A stretch of 32,000 nucleotides of DNA from NCBI RefSeq assembly GCF_000016385.1, contig NC_009376.1, positions 1,621,076-1,653,075 of the forward strand, read 5' to 3'. Source of the stretch: Pyrobaculum arsenaticum DSM 13514. GTDB taxonomy: Archaea > Thermoproteota > Thermoprotei > Thermoproteales > Thermoproteaceae. The notes below the pieces were generated by a model. It ran no database searches. It had not been told where the DNA came from and saw only the letters and a list, made by a program, of their open reading frames with translations. The stretch's first letter is position 1. Every line of letters starts with the position of its first letter. The translations under genes were made by a program, and so were the position numbers. Positions 19,721 through 28,149 of the stretch are shown here, piece by piece.

Positions 19721-20173
19721 ATGGGCAACGTGGCGTGTGTCAAGCCTGCTGATTACAAATATGGAGAGCACACCGCAGACGTCCTTATAGAGGCGTACGG
19801 CTGCACTCTGGAAGAGGCGTTTAGAAACGCGGCTATTGCCTATGCAGATCTGACATACTATACTGAGAGAGTTGAGCCTAGGCTTGTAAAGAGCCTCGAT
19901 ATCGAGTACGACGACTTAGAAGGCTTATTGTTTAAGTGGATTGACGAGTTACTCTACCTATTTGATGCCGAGAAATTTGCCATAAGCCGCAAGATTGAGG
20001 TGATGATAGAACAGGACGGCGGATATAGACTGAGGGCAATAATATATGGCGAAACTTACGACATAAATAAACATGGCTTCACAGGTCTCATAGTCAAGGC
20101 CATGACATTTCATATGTTAGAAATTGCAAAAGTCGGCGATTACTGGAAGTTGCAGTTTGTAGTGGACATATGA
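19721..20173 (+). CDS. Archease
   Basis: [16 protein letters not shown] is the archease N-terminal signature, and [10 protein letters not shown] lies at the C-terminus. Confidence 0.85.
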   Translation: MGNVACVKPADYKYGEHTADVLIEAYGCTLEEAFRNAAIAYADLTYYTERVEPRLVKSLDIEYDDLEGLLFKWIDELLYLFDAEKFAISRKIEVMIEQDGGYRLRAIIYGETYDINKHGFTGLIVKAMTFHMLEIAKVGDYWKLQFVVDI

Positions 20174-20574
20174 CGAGGCCGTTGCTGGAGGAAATAGGCG
20201 AAATCCTCAGATTAGGGGAGCCTGTACGCACAGTTAGACAAGCCGCAAAGGCCGTCGGCGTAGACGAGAGGAAAATCGTCAAGACGCTAGTGGTGAAATG
20301 CGGCGACGAATACAGGGCGTACATCTTACGGGGCGTTAAAAGACTAGACCTTGAAGCGCTAGGCTGTCGGCTGGCGACGCCGGAAGAGGTACAAAGCGTA
20401 ACTGGTTATCAAATCGGCGGAGTGCCCCCAGTTCTGGCCATACCTGTCTTTATAGATGAGGAGCTTCTAGGAGAGGACTACGTCTACGGCGGAGGCGGCG
20501 ACGAATACAGCCTACTAAGATTCAAACCCAGAGATTTGGTGGAGAGGGGGTTCGCGAGACCCGTGAAGCTGTGA
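20170..20574 (+). CDS. YbaK/ProX-like aminoacyl-tRNA deacylase domain protein
   Basis: [11 protein letters not shown]...[12 protein letters not shown] fits the domain. It overlaps archease in an ATGA junction. Confidence 0.55.
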   Translation: MTRPLLEEIGEILRLGEPVRTVRQAAKAVGVDERKIVKTLVVKCGDEYRAYILRGVKRLDLEALGCRLATPEEVQSVTGYQIGGVPPVLAIPVFIDEELLGEDYVYGGGGDEYSLLRFKPRDLVERGFARPVKL

Positions 20575-20846
20575 CCTTCTACGACTTTCTCTGGGAGTCC
20601 GTAAGAAACCCGCGTCTATTGGTAGAATACAGCCGGGAAATCGGCGTTGCTCTTCCCCATCCACCAGAGGATTTCTACGGCAGGCTGGAATACGTGGCTA
20701 GGGCCGTAGTGCAGATCCTCAGCGCAGAGAAGGGGAATGACGTTTACTGGCACAGGAGATGTGCAGAGGCTAAGAGATTCTATTCAGAAGCCTCTACCGA
20801 CTTGAGAGAAGTAGGAGTAGTTCTCCCACCGTTCACTCTGTGCTAG
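20571..20846 (+). CDS. Hypothetical 91-aa protein
   Basis: ORF only. Its GTG start overlaps the preceding stop (GTGA). Confidence 0.35.
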   Translation: MTFYDFLWESVRNPRLLVEYSREIGVALPHPPEDFYGRLEYVARAVVQILSAEKGNDVYWHRRCAEAKRFYSEASTDLREVGVVLPPFTLC

Positions 20847-20971
20847 TTAAATAACCTCTATATCATCTCTCAGCTGTTCTAGCAACTTCCGCTTTTCTCC
20901 AGCCAGTAGATTTCGCAGGATCTTGAACATGTTAAACAACGGCGTGGCGTTTATTAAGGGAACTAGCTATT

Positions 20972-21235
20972 TTGTCTACAGCTAATTTAAGAGAAGCGGG
21001 GGCGGCTTATATGGATCTCACAACAGTAGAGGCCGGGACTAGGTGCCCCTTCTGTGGTGGGTTAATGGAAATAGTAGAAGACGAGAAATACCTCTGGTTT
21101 GGGTGCAGGAGTTGCATGAGGTACGTGAAAAGAGAGAAAAGAGATTTAGTAAGGCGTTATGTCAACTACGGGGCCCGTATATTTGACTGGAGGGGCTTAA
21201 TGGCTGAACTGTCCCGCCTATATGAAACAAGCTAG
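20972..21235 (+). CDS. Small zinc-ribbon protein (hypothetical); more likely starts at ATG 21011
   Basis: CPFCGG...GCRSC forms a Cys4 ribbon. Confidence 0.4.
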   Translation: MSTANLREAGAAYMDLTTVEAGTRCPFCGGLMEIVEDEKYLWFGCRSCMRYVKREKRDLVRRYVNYGARIFDWRGLMAELSRLYETS

Positions 21236-21594
21236 GACTCCCCCAGCTTGTACTCCCTTCCGTGTCTAACAATCTTTATCTCTGTTTTCACTGGGACTTT
21301 CATCCCAGCCCGTAGCAGTACTTGGTACAGCTCATAGTCGGCCAACTCATTAATTACGCCTTGCAAGTGAAGTTCGGCAAGTTTCTTGAACAGCGCCACG
21401 GCGTGTTGGCCGTACAGAGCCAAAGCGTTTTCAATAATTTCGCCAGCTCTATCTCCCTTAGTAATCCTCTTAATAATCTCCACCGCCTCCTCACCAGTTA
21501 GCGCTCTCTGCTTCGGAGCTTCTACCTCCTTCGTCTTCATCTTCGCAAGTTCCAGTGCCTTTTTCCTAAGCAGGACGTCGATGTCGTCACTCAT
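21232..21594 (-). CDS. PDCD5/TFAR19-like DNA-binding protein
   Basis: The N-terminal LLRKKALELAK helix and the C-terminal helical bundle followed by a basic strand (KTEIKIVRHGR) resemble the MTH1615 family. Confidence 0.5.
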   Translation of the reverse strand: MSDDIDVLLRKKALELAKMKTKEVEAPKQRALTGEEAVEIIKRITKGDRAGEIIENALALYGQHAVALFKKLAELHLQGVINELADYELYQVLLRAGMKVPVKTEIKIVRHGREYKLGES

Positions 21595-21625
21595 AGAACT
21601 GTTTTTCAGACCTTCTTTTTAAGGT

Positions 21626-23173
21626 TTAGCCAATGTACAGCTCCGCCACAACTGTAGGCATCCCGTATTTGAACTTGACTAGCAAGTCCGGCGATGTCTC
21701 CGCAACATAACCCTCTACGTCGCCCCTTATTTCAGCAACACGGCCGGGCAGGGCCCAGGCAGTTGACATCTCAGCGAAGTGGCAGTTAAGACCTAACCTG
21801 TGGCATAAGGCCTTCACTGCAGAGAGCCCATCTGTGAGCGTCACGCCGTCTCGGCTTATTAACAACGCCGCTACGCGTCTCGTTTTTCCGTCTCTCACAA
21901 CGTCGCCTATTTCGAAGAGCTTTATTTCCCTCCGCTTTACCAAAGTAGCAGTGGCGATAAGCTGTGTTATTATCGAGCACCTCACCACACTGTACAGCTC
22001 AGATATTGGATTAGCCACCCGCGCCGGCTTGCAGATCTCCTCAACCGCCTCATCGGCTAATATGTAGTTATTCATCTCCATGAAGCCCATCGATAGGAGG
22101 ATTTTACGCGCCTCCTGTGTAAGTATTTCCACACGGTGTCGCCTACCTGCCGACTGAATTCTCGGGGCCTCTCTTGGAAACTGGTTGTAGCCCATCATTA
22201 CGGCCACCTCCTCAGCCACGTCAACCCACGACAAGACATTTGGCCTATAAGGCGGGACTACAACCGCTCCTTCTTGGTATCCGAAACGCGCCATCGCGAC
22301 GTATTTTACGAAATCCTCTCTGGTAATGTCGACGCCAAGAAGGCTACCCACTTCTCGCTCATCTGTTCTAATTGTGACGTACCTGTGGACATATGTCAAG
22401 CCCCCTTCTACTACCTCTACCTCCCTTGTCTCGCTTCTCTCAAGCAATGAATATATCAGGATAGACAACGCGGAGGTGACAGCGTTGGGGTCTGTGCCCG
22501 TGACGTCTATCAAGACGTCTCTACTGCGATCGGTAATTTTACAACATTCTGACCCTAGCACAGGTATGACCACCATTATTTGATCTAAAGAGTCCACAAG
22601 AGCGGGCGGGCGCTCTCTGTTAATGAGGTGGCTGTACTTCCGGCCCTGTTCTGTGGCTTCGTACATCTCCCTGACCTTTATTGGTTTATCAAAGCCCAGA
22701 GGAGTGTACTCGTCGTCTTGGGAAATTCTGACGTAGCGTATGGGGGGTTTTATCTTGGAGACATCGTAGTAGCCAATGGCTATCTTCCTCCTGCCCCGGC
22801 CGTAGGTCTCGTGTAGCTTTTCCTGCAACTGGATCAATTGCCTCACGGCCTCGTCATCTAGTCTCACGCCTCTTACCACCGCCATAGAGATGTAGGGCCT
22901 CTCCTCTATGTGGCCAGCCTCTAGCCTTATACTAGAGGCGCCTAGCCTTATCTTGGGGAGGCCAACCTCCACGCCGGCGACGCCTTTAAGAGTCCTCGCA
23001 AGTCCTTCCGCAGAGAAGTGGTCTGGCCTGTCGTGGGTAACTTCAAGTTTCAACCTGTCGCCCAGATCCTCCTCTACCTCACATTTAACATGCTCCAGTA
23101 GCCTAATCACCTCGCCGAAATTCATGCGAGTTAGTCGCTCCAAGTCAAACTTGGCGACGTCTATAACGGGCAC
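21626..23173 (-). CDS. pheT: Phenylalanyl-tRNA synthetase beta subunit
   Basis: The N-terminus MPVIDVAKFDLERL and the B3/4- and B5-like regions fit the archaeal-type beta chain. Confidence 0.9.
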   Translation of the reverse strand: MPVIDVAKFDLERLTRMNFGEVIRLLEHVKCEVEEDLGDRLKLEVTHDRPDHFSAEGLARTLKGVAGVEVGLPKIRLGASSIRLEAGHIEERPYISMAVVRGVRLDDEAVRQLIQLQEKLHETYGRGRRKIAIGYYDVSKIKPPIRYVRISQDDEYTPLGFDKPIKVREMYEATEQGRKYSHLINRERPPALVDSLDQIMVVIPVLGSECCKITDRSRDVLIDVTGTDPNAVTSALSILIYSLLERSETREVEVVEGGLTYVHRYVTIRTDEREVGSLLGVDITREDFVKYVAMARFGYQEGAVVVPPYRPNVLSWVDVAEEVAVMMGYNQFPREAPRIQSAGRRHRVEILTQEARKILLSMGFMEMNNYILADEAVEEICKPARVANPISELYSVVRCSIITQLIATATLVKRREIKLFEIGDVVRDGKTRRVAALLISRDGVTLTDGLSAVKALCHRLGLNCHFAEMSTAWALPGRVAEIRGDVEGYVAETSPDLLVKFKYGMPTVVAELYIG

Positions 23174-23218
23174 AATTGGGGAAACGTCTAATATTTAAAG
23201 AGAAACACCAAGAAGCGT

Positions 23219-23524
23219 ATGAAACAGAGGGTTGAGCAGTATTTCAAAGAACTACATCAAGCAATAGATAAAGAGATAGAGGCATTTACTGTGGAATGGA
23301 GACAGTACGAGGCGCTGGCCCAGATACAGCTGAAAGAAGATCTCTACGTATTTATCATTTTCTCCTGGTCCGACGAAGAGGACTGCACAATTGAGTACAT
23401 GATAGGCGACGAGAACGCCGTCATTCAGACCAGGCATCTAGACAAGCTCGACTTGGCGGTATCTATAATAAAGACAGCACATCAAATGGCCAAGGAGAAA
23501 CTCGCCTGCCTCCAGCGATCTTAG
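23219..23524 (+). CDS. Hypothetical 101-aa protein
   Basis: ORF only, with no recognised motif. Confidence 0.4.
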   Translation: MKQRVEQYFKELHQAIDKEIEAFTVEWRQYEALAQIQLKEDLYVFIIFSWSDEEDCTIEYMIGDENAVIQTRHLDKLDLAVSIIKTAHQMAKEKLACLQRS

Positions 23525-23728
23525 ACCCTTTGACGCAAGGCCAGGCGGTTCGAAATTCAAGCCGTCTTCCTAGCAACGCCTTTCGCCCCTCTCCTAGGAG
23601 GCCCGCCGATCTCTTTTGAAATACTCAGAATCTCCTACGCTTATGGCGTTCTGTCGTCTGTGCTGGGTTCACGTATCGATGACTCTGCGCGGCTCTGGCG
23701 CGAGCAAGGACGCGGTGTTGACAGAAGG

Positions 23729-24316
23729 TTACTTGTTTGTGACTTTCTTTAGCCTTTCGCGGATTACGTTGATGAGCACCTCGTCGTCTTTGTCGTCTTT
23801 GGGGTATATGAACACCTCCTCCTCTGGCACCACGTTCTCTCCGTTTTCCACGAAGTAAATTAGGCGTAGCGGATAGTCGTACCCCGCTTTGCGGTAGAGC
23901 ATGCGCATGATTTTAGTGGCTAGGGACCACTCTGCCTTGGTTTTCCACTCGCCTTTCTTCAAGATGTGAGACTTCAGCTCTACGAGCTCTTTCTTTCCGT
24001 CGGCGTATTTCACCAAGAAATCCGCTTGTGCCGTGATGGTGACACCCTCTATTTGCAGAGTCACAGGCGGTGCGGGCGTAATCTCCACAATCTTCTTGGC
24101 CCACGGCGTCAGCTTTATGAGCTTACTAAACGCACCGGTGTGGGGTTCGCCGTAGTGCTCTATAAAGGTGCGTAGCGCCACGACTGCGTCTCTTGCCTTT
24201 ATCAGGGCTAAAACTGCCTTCTCAAACGCCTTTCCATAACGGGAGCTCAGAGCGTCGGGCTTCTCTAGCCTAATTAAATCGCTAAGGCGATACTTCAGCC
24301 TCTTAGCAATGCCCAT
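23729..24316 (-). CDS. PD-(D/E)xK-fold nuclease (candidate restriction or mismatch endonuclease)
   Basis: The spacing E53 ... D99 (ITAQADFLV) ... E113-L-K115 (ELVELKS) matches the E/D/ExK core. It is divergent from the C5 methyltransferase gene. Confidence 0.55.
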   Translation of the reverse strand: MGIAKRLKYRLSDLIRLEKPDALSSRYGKAFEKAVLALIKARDAVVALRTFIEHYGEPHTGAFSKLIKLTPWAKKIVEITPAPPVTLQIEGVTITAQADFLVKYADGKKELVELKSHILKKGEWKTKAEWSLATKIMRMLYRKAGYDYPLRLIYFVENGENVVPEEEVFIYPKDDKDDEVLINVIRERLKKVTNK

Positions 24317-24334
24317 GACGGCTTACGGGTTTGT

Positions 24335-24342
24335 ATTTAAAT
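24335..24342. promoter_or_regulatory. Palindromic TATA element ATTTAAAT shared by divergent nuclease and methyltransferase genes
   Basis: It is centred at 24338.5, which is 22.5 nt from the ATG at 24316 (minus) and 24.5 nt from the GTG at 24363 (plus). Confidence 0.5.
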
Positions 24343-24362
24343 AATTTGCTAACCTGCGGTAC

Positions 24363-25319
24363 GTGTATAACGTTATTGATATATTTTCAGGTGGCGGCGG
24401 ATTCGGGCTGGGTTTTAGACAGGCGGGTTTTAAAATAAGGGTGGCGCTTGATGTGGACAGAGACGCGGTCAGGACGTACAGCGCCAACCACGTAAACACG
24501 GTAGTGTTGCAGAGGGACATTAGGGAGGTGAGCTACGAGGATTTGGTCAAATACGGAGAGGCTGATGTGCTAATTGGGAGCCCTCCCTGCGAGCCGTTCA
24601 CATCGGCAAATCCTAACAGAATGGAAGACCCCGCCGACAGGCTTTACCTCGATCCTGCCGGTCAGCTGACACTTGAATTTATCAGGATTGTAGGCGAACT
24701 CAGACCGAAGATCTTCGTCATGGAGAACGTAGCGGCGTTGGCAGAGGAGCCACTGAGGTCGTACATTGAAAGGGAATTCAGAAGGGTGGGCTACGAGGTG
24801 TACTTCAATGTACTCCACGCAGAGGACTACGGAGTCCCCAGCAGGAGGCGGAGGGTCTTCGTCTCAAACGTAGAAATTAGGCCACCTAAAACACGCATCA
24901 TCACGGTCCGAGAGGCGTTGCGCGACCTGCCTCCCCCCGACAGCGGCCTAGTGCCTAACCACGACACGGTGACGATAAGCATGAAAAAACAGTATCAAAT
25001 TGCCCGGCTGAGGCCTGGCGAGGCTTTAATGAAATACAGAGGAGCTACCGGTTTCTATGAAAACTACATCCGGCTACGCTGGGACGAGGTGGCACCCACC
25101 GTAATGGGTACCCGGAGATTTGTCCACCCGGAGGAACACAGAGTCCTCACAGTACGCGAGCAGGCTAGACTAATGGGCTACCCAGACTCATACACCTTCT
25201 TCGGCTCTAAAGACTCACAGTATAACCAAGTTGGAGAAAGCGTGCCGCCCCCGCTGGCTTATGCAATTGCGCTTGAGATACGAAAATATATAGACGAGAA
25301 GGTTTATCGACGTGGCTAG
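24363..25319 (+). CDS. DNA (cytosine-5)-methyltransferase, Dcm/HhaI class
   Basis: Motif I is DIFSGGGGFGLG, IV is GSPPCEPFT, VI is VMENV, VIII is PSRRRRVFV, IX is RVLTVREQARLMGYPDSY, and X is GESVPPPLAYAI. Confidence 0.9.
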   Translation: MYNVIDIFSGGGGFGLGFRQAGFKIRVALDVDRDAVRTYSANHVNTVVLQRDIREVSYEDLVKYGEADVLIGSPPCEPFTSANPNRMEDPADRLYLDPAGQLTLEFIRIVGELRPKIFVMENVAALAEEPLRSYIEREFRRVGYEVYFNVLHAEDYGVPSRRRRVFVSNVEIRPPKTRIITVREALRDLPPPDSGLVPNHDTVTISMKKQYQIARLRPGEALMKYRGATGFYENYIRLRWDEVAPTVMGTRRFVHPEEHRVLTVREQARLMGYPDSYTFFGSKDSQYNQVGESVPPPLAYAIALEIRKYIDEKVYRRG

Positions 25320-26181
25320 AGTCTACTGCCCTCATTGTGGACGACTGGTTGATAAGCTAATTGAAGGAATGTGCGAAGATTGTTATATCGAGAAGTACCC
25401 TCTTATAACAGTAAAAGATAAGACACTGCTGAAGTGTAAGTACTGTGGCGCGGTGTATCTTAGAGGCAAGTGGGTGAGAGCACGAAAAACAGGCACGGAG
25501 GAATTGGTCAAAAGAATACTAGCCGAGAAGGCCACAGTGCGGGGAATAGTGGAAAAAATTGACGTACAAGAGATAGGTAATAAACTACATCTACACGTAA
25601 CGGTGAAGGGGTCGCCTCATCCCCTAATAGCTGAGAGGGCGCTGGCTTACCAAATCGAGTTTAGCTACGACAACGATATCTGTATAGACTGTAGAGAGAT
25701 GCTAAGCAAGAGAGAGTTTGCCTTGCTTCAAGTGAGGGGAACGCCGCGTGGGCTTGATGATGCTATGAAGAAAAAAATTTTCCAAATAGTTGAACAAGAG
25801 TTGTATAAACTTAAAGATAAGAGAATTGGATATATTAGCGATATAAAAAACACTGAAAATGGAGTAGATATATATACAACAAGTGCCGGTCTTGCAAGAC
25901 ATTTGGCATATGTAATTCATAAGCATTTTCCCAGCCAAATAGTAGAAACAGCCAAAAATATTGGAGTGAAGGATGGCAGGAGGTTGTACCACATGACATA
26001 TGCTGTTATTATTATTACATATAAACCAGGAGATATAATAGTACTAAAAGGAGAAAGAAAAAGCACAATTAGTATTAATAATAAATTTATTGTTTTATAT
26101 TCAATTGAAACAAAAAAATACGAACAGATAACTATTAGAGAATTGCTTAGTTCAAAACCGTTGTTGATTGGTAATTCCTAG
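25312..26181 (+). CDS. NMD3-family protein (archaeal homolog of the 60S export adaptor)
   Basis: YCPHCG, MCEDCY, CKYCG...KW and ICIDCRE...FALLQVRG fit the NMD3 N-terminal zinc-binding pattern. The GTG start lies inside the last 8 nt of the methyltransferase gene. Confidence 0.7.
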   Translation: MARVYCPHCGRLVDKLIEGMCEDCYIEKYPLITVKDKTLLKCKYCGAVYLRGKWVRARKTGTEELVKRILAEKATVRGIVEKIDVQEIGNKLHLHVTVKGSPHPLIAERALAYQIEFSYDNDICIDCREMLSKREFALLQVRGTPRGLDDAMKKKIFQIVEQELYKLKDKRIGYISDIKNTENGVDIYTTSAGLARHLAYVIHKHFPSQIVETAKNIGVKDGRRLYHMTYAVIIITYKPGDIIVLKGERKSTISINNKFIVLYSIETKKYEQITIRELLSSKPLLIGNS

Positions 26182-26313
26182 CTATATATTACAGTAACAA
26201 GAAATTTACTATTATACATATAGTTTATACCAAAGATTCTAGTTAAAAATATTTGTACATAATTAAAATGCTGAGCTTGGTAATACTTAAAAACATACTT
26301 ATCACTAGAACAT

Positions 26314-26787
26314 ATGTACCCAACTGTAGTAATTAGAACCGCAACAAAAGAAGATCTTGACCCCGCAGTTTCTCTAGTAGTGCGATTAAAGCGACTAAAC
26401 GCCGAATTCGATCCCATGCTACAAGTCACGCCCGAAATCGAGCAAGTAACTAAGCAATATCTCGAAGAAGCCTTAAACAATCCATCTTCTGTTCTTTTAG
26501 TTGCCGTAGAAGGCAACAAAGTGATCGGGGTACTAAAAGGCGACGTTGAAGATAGGAAATTCTACAAGCCGAGGTATGTAGGGGTAATTAAGGAATTTTA
26601 CATACTGCCGGAATATAGGCGAAAGGGCCTAGGTAAAAGGCTGATGGCCGAGGGAATTGACCAACTAAGGAAGAAAGGAGCAGAGGTAATTATGGCCTCT
26701 TTCCCAGCTCTTAACGACATCGCTATAAACTTTTACAAAAAGATGGGGTTCAGGCCTGTTGAGTATATATTTGCAAAAGAGGTTTAA
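26314..26787 (+). CDS. GNAT-family N-acetyltransferase
   Basis: FYILPEYRRKGLGKRLMAEGIDQLRKKG is motif A. Confidence 0.8.
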   Translation: MYPTVVIRTATKEDLDPAVSLVVRLKRLNAEFDPMLQVTPEIEQVTKQYLEEALNNPSSVLLVAVEGNKVIGVLKGDVEDRKFYKPRYVGVIKEFYILPEYRRKGLGKRLMAEGIDQLRKKGAEVIMASFPALNDIAINFYKKMGFRPVEYIFAKEV

Positions 26788-28103
26788 AGTCTTTTTATAA
26801 TCTCCACCACTTTGTCTGCGAACTCTTGCGTGCCGAGTACTTCTTTGACTCTCATTTTTCTCTCCTCATCTGTCATCTGCCTAGCCAGGTCGCCAGTGAA
26901 ATATCCTTCTCTGTATGCGGTCTCGACGCCTTTCATAATATACTCAGCAACCTCTCTCCATCCTAGGAAGCGGAACATCAGTTCCAGAGCTAGTATTGTG
27001 GCAGTTGGGTTTACGTAGTTCTTGCCCCTGTACTTAGGCGCTGTTCCATGTACAGGCTCTGCCATCATTCCCCAGTCGCCTACGTCTAGGCCAGGTGCGA
27101 CGCCAAGTCCTCCCACAAGGCCCGCGGCCTCGTCTGAGACGTAGTCGCCGTTTAGGTTGGGGGCAAGTATTACGTCGTACTCCCCCGTGCGCGTAAGTAG
27201 TTGCTGGAGCATGTTATCGGCAATTCTATCATTTACAAGCACCTTCCCTGGTGGTACAGAGCCGCCGTACTGAGCCAACTCGTCTTCAAATACCACATGT
27301 TCTCTGAACTCGTTTCTAGCCACTTCAAATGCCCACTCTTTGAAGGCCCCTTCTGTGTATTTCTGTATATTTCCCTTGTGCATAACGGTTACGACCCGTC
27401 TCTTGTTCTCAATGGCAAACTTTAGCGCAAGTCTGGCAATTCTCTGAGTACCGAATTTGCTAATAGGCTTTATCCCTATGCCGGCGTCATCTCTGATATT
27501 TACGCCGAATTCCCTGCGTAGAAATTCCCTAATTTTCGCCGCCTCTGGGCTGTTATAAGGCCACTCTATACCAGCGTAGACGTCTTCCGTGTTCTCTCTG
27601 AATATAACCAAGTCTACAAGTTCTGGGCGTCTAAGAGGCGATGGCAAGCCGGGGAAGTACTTCACAGGCCTAATGTTGGCATATAGGTCGAAGAGTTGGC
27701 GAAGCGTCACGTTTATGCTTCTAAACCCGCCCCCTACAGGGGTTTCGAGAGGGGCTTTGAGGAATACTCTAATCTTTCTCAACACCTCTATGCTTTGATC
27801 TGGCAACCTGTTGCCGAATAACTTTTCTGCCTTCTCCCCAACCACGATTTCGTACCACGTAATTTGCCTAGACTTTCCATAGGCCTTTTCCACCGCCTCG
27901 TTGGCGACCTTAATTGCGGCGTAAGCAACCTCTGGCCCAATTCCGTCACCCTCAATATAGCCTATAACTACTTTATCAGGCACCTTCAGCTGTCCCGGGC
28001 CTGTATACTTGACGTATTCTCCGCTCGGCGGATCTATATACTTTCCTGTGAAAGTTACGAGGTTTGGGATTTGCTGTTTTATCTTCTCTATATCAACTGA
28101 CAT
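26784..28103 (-). CDS. icd: Isocitrate dehydrogenase (NADP)
   Basis: GDGIGPEV, RENTEDVYAGIE, NLNGDYVSDEAAGLVGGLGVAPG and HGTAPKY are present. Confidence 0.95.
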   Translation of the reverse strand: MSVDIEKIKQQIPNLVTFTGKYIDPPSGEYVKYTGPGQLKVPDKVVIGYIEGDGIGPEVAYAAIKVANEAVEKAYGKSRQITWYEIVVGEKAEKLFGNRLPDQSIEVLRKIRVFLKAPLETPVGGGFRSINVTLRQLFDLYANIRPVKYFPGLPSPLRRPELVDLVIFRENTEDVYAGIEWPYNSPEAAKIREFLRREFGVNIRDDAGIGIKPISKFGTQRIARLALKFAIENKRRVVTVMHKGNIQKYTEGAFKEWAFEVARNEFREHVVFEDELAQYGGSVPPGKVLVNDRIADNMLQQLLTRTGEYDVILAPNLNGDYVSDEAAGLVGGLGVAPGLDVGDWGMMAEPVHGTAPKYRGKNYVNPTATILALELMFRFLGWREVAEYIMKGVETAYREGYFTGDLARQMTDEERKMRVKEVLGTQEFADKVVEIIKRL

Positions 28104-28149
28104 GATGGTTCCCGACTCTTAGTTTAAAAAACGTTAAATCAGCAGTAAT

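Noticed and set aside
20847-20930. A 27-codon minus-strand ORF (MFKILRNLLAGEKRKLLEQLRDDIEVI) in the 125-nt gap before the zinc-ribbon gene.
   Set aside because: It is too short, has no supporting promoter spacing or motif, and cannot be distinguished from chance.
23541-23570. The GGCGGTTCGAAATTCAAGCC motif, which resembles a tRNA T-arm and could be an att-site remnant next to the nuclease/methyltransferase module.
   Set aside because: The flanking bases do not pair as a T-stem or an acceptor stem, and the loop does not fit GTTCRAATC. No cloverleaf or matching direct repeat is seen elsewhere in the window.
23616-23858. An 80-aa plus-strand ORF in the 200-nt convergent spacer.
   Set aside because: It overlaps the 3' end of the PD-(D/E)xK gene in antisense and has no motif. 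The 23525-23728 spacer itself remains unexplained: I found no convincing C/D or H/ACA boxes or stable hairpin by eye.
26182-26313. An AT-rich 132-nt spacer considered as a replication origin / DNA unwinding element.
   Set aside because: I could not find any ORB/mini-ORB-like inverted repeats or repeated boxes, and no orc1/cdc6 gene is nearby. It is better explained as part of the compositional island plus promoter/terminator sequence.
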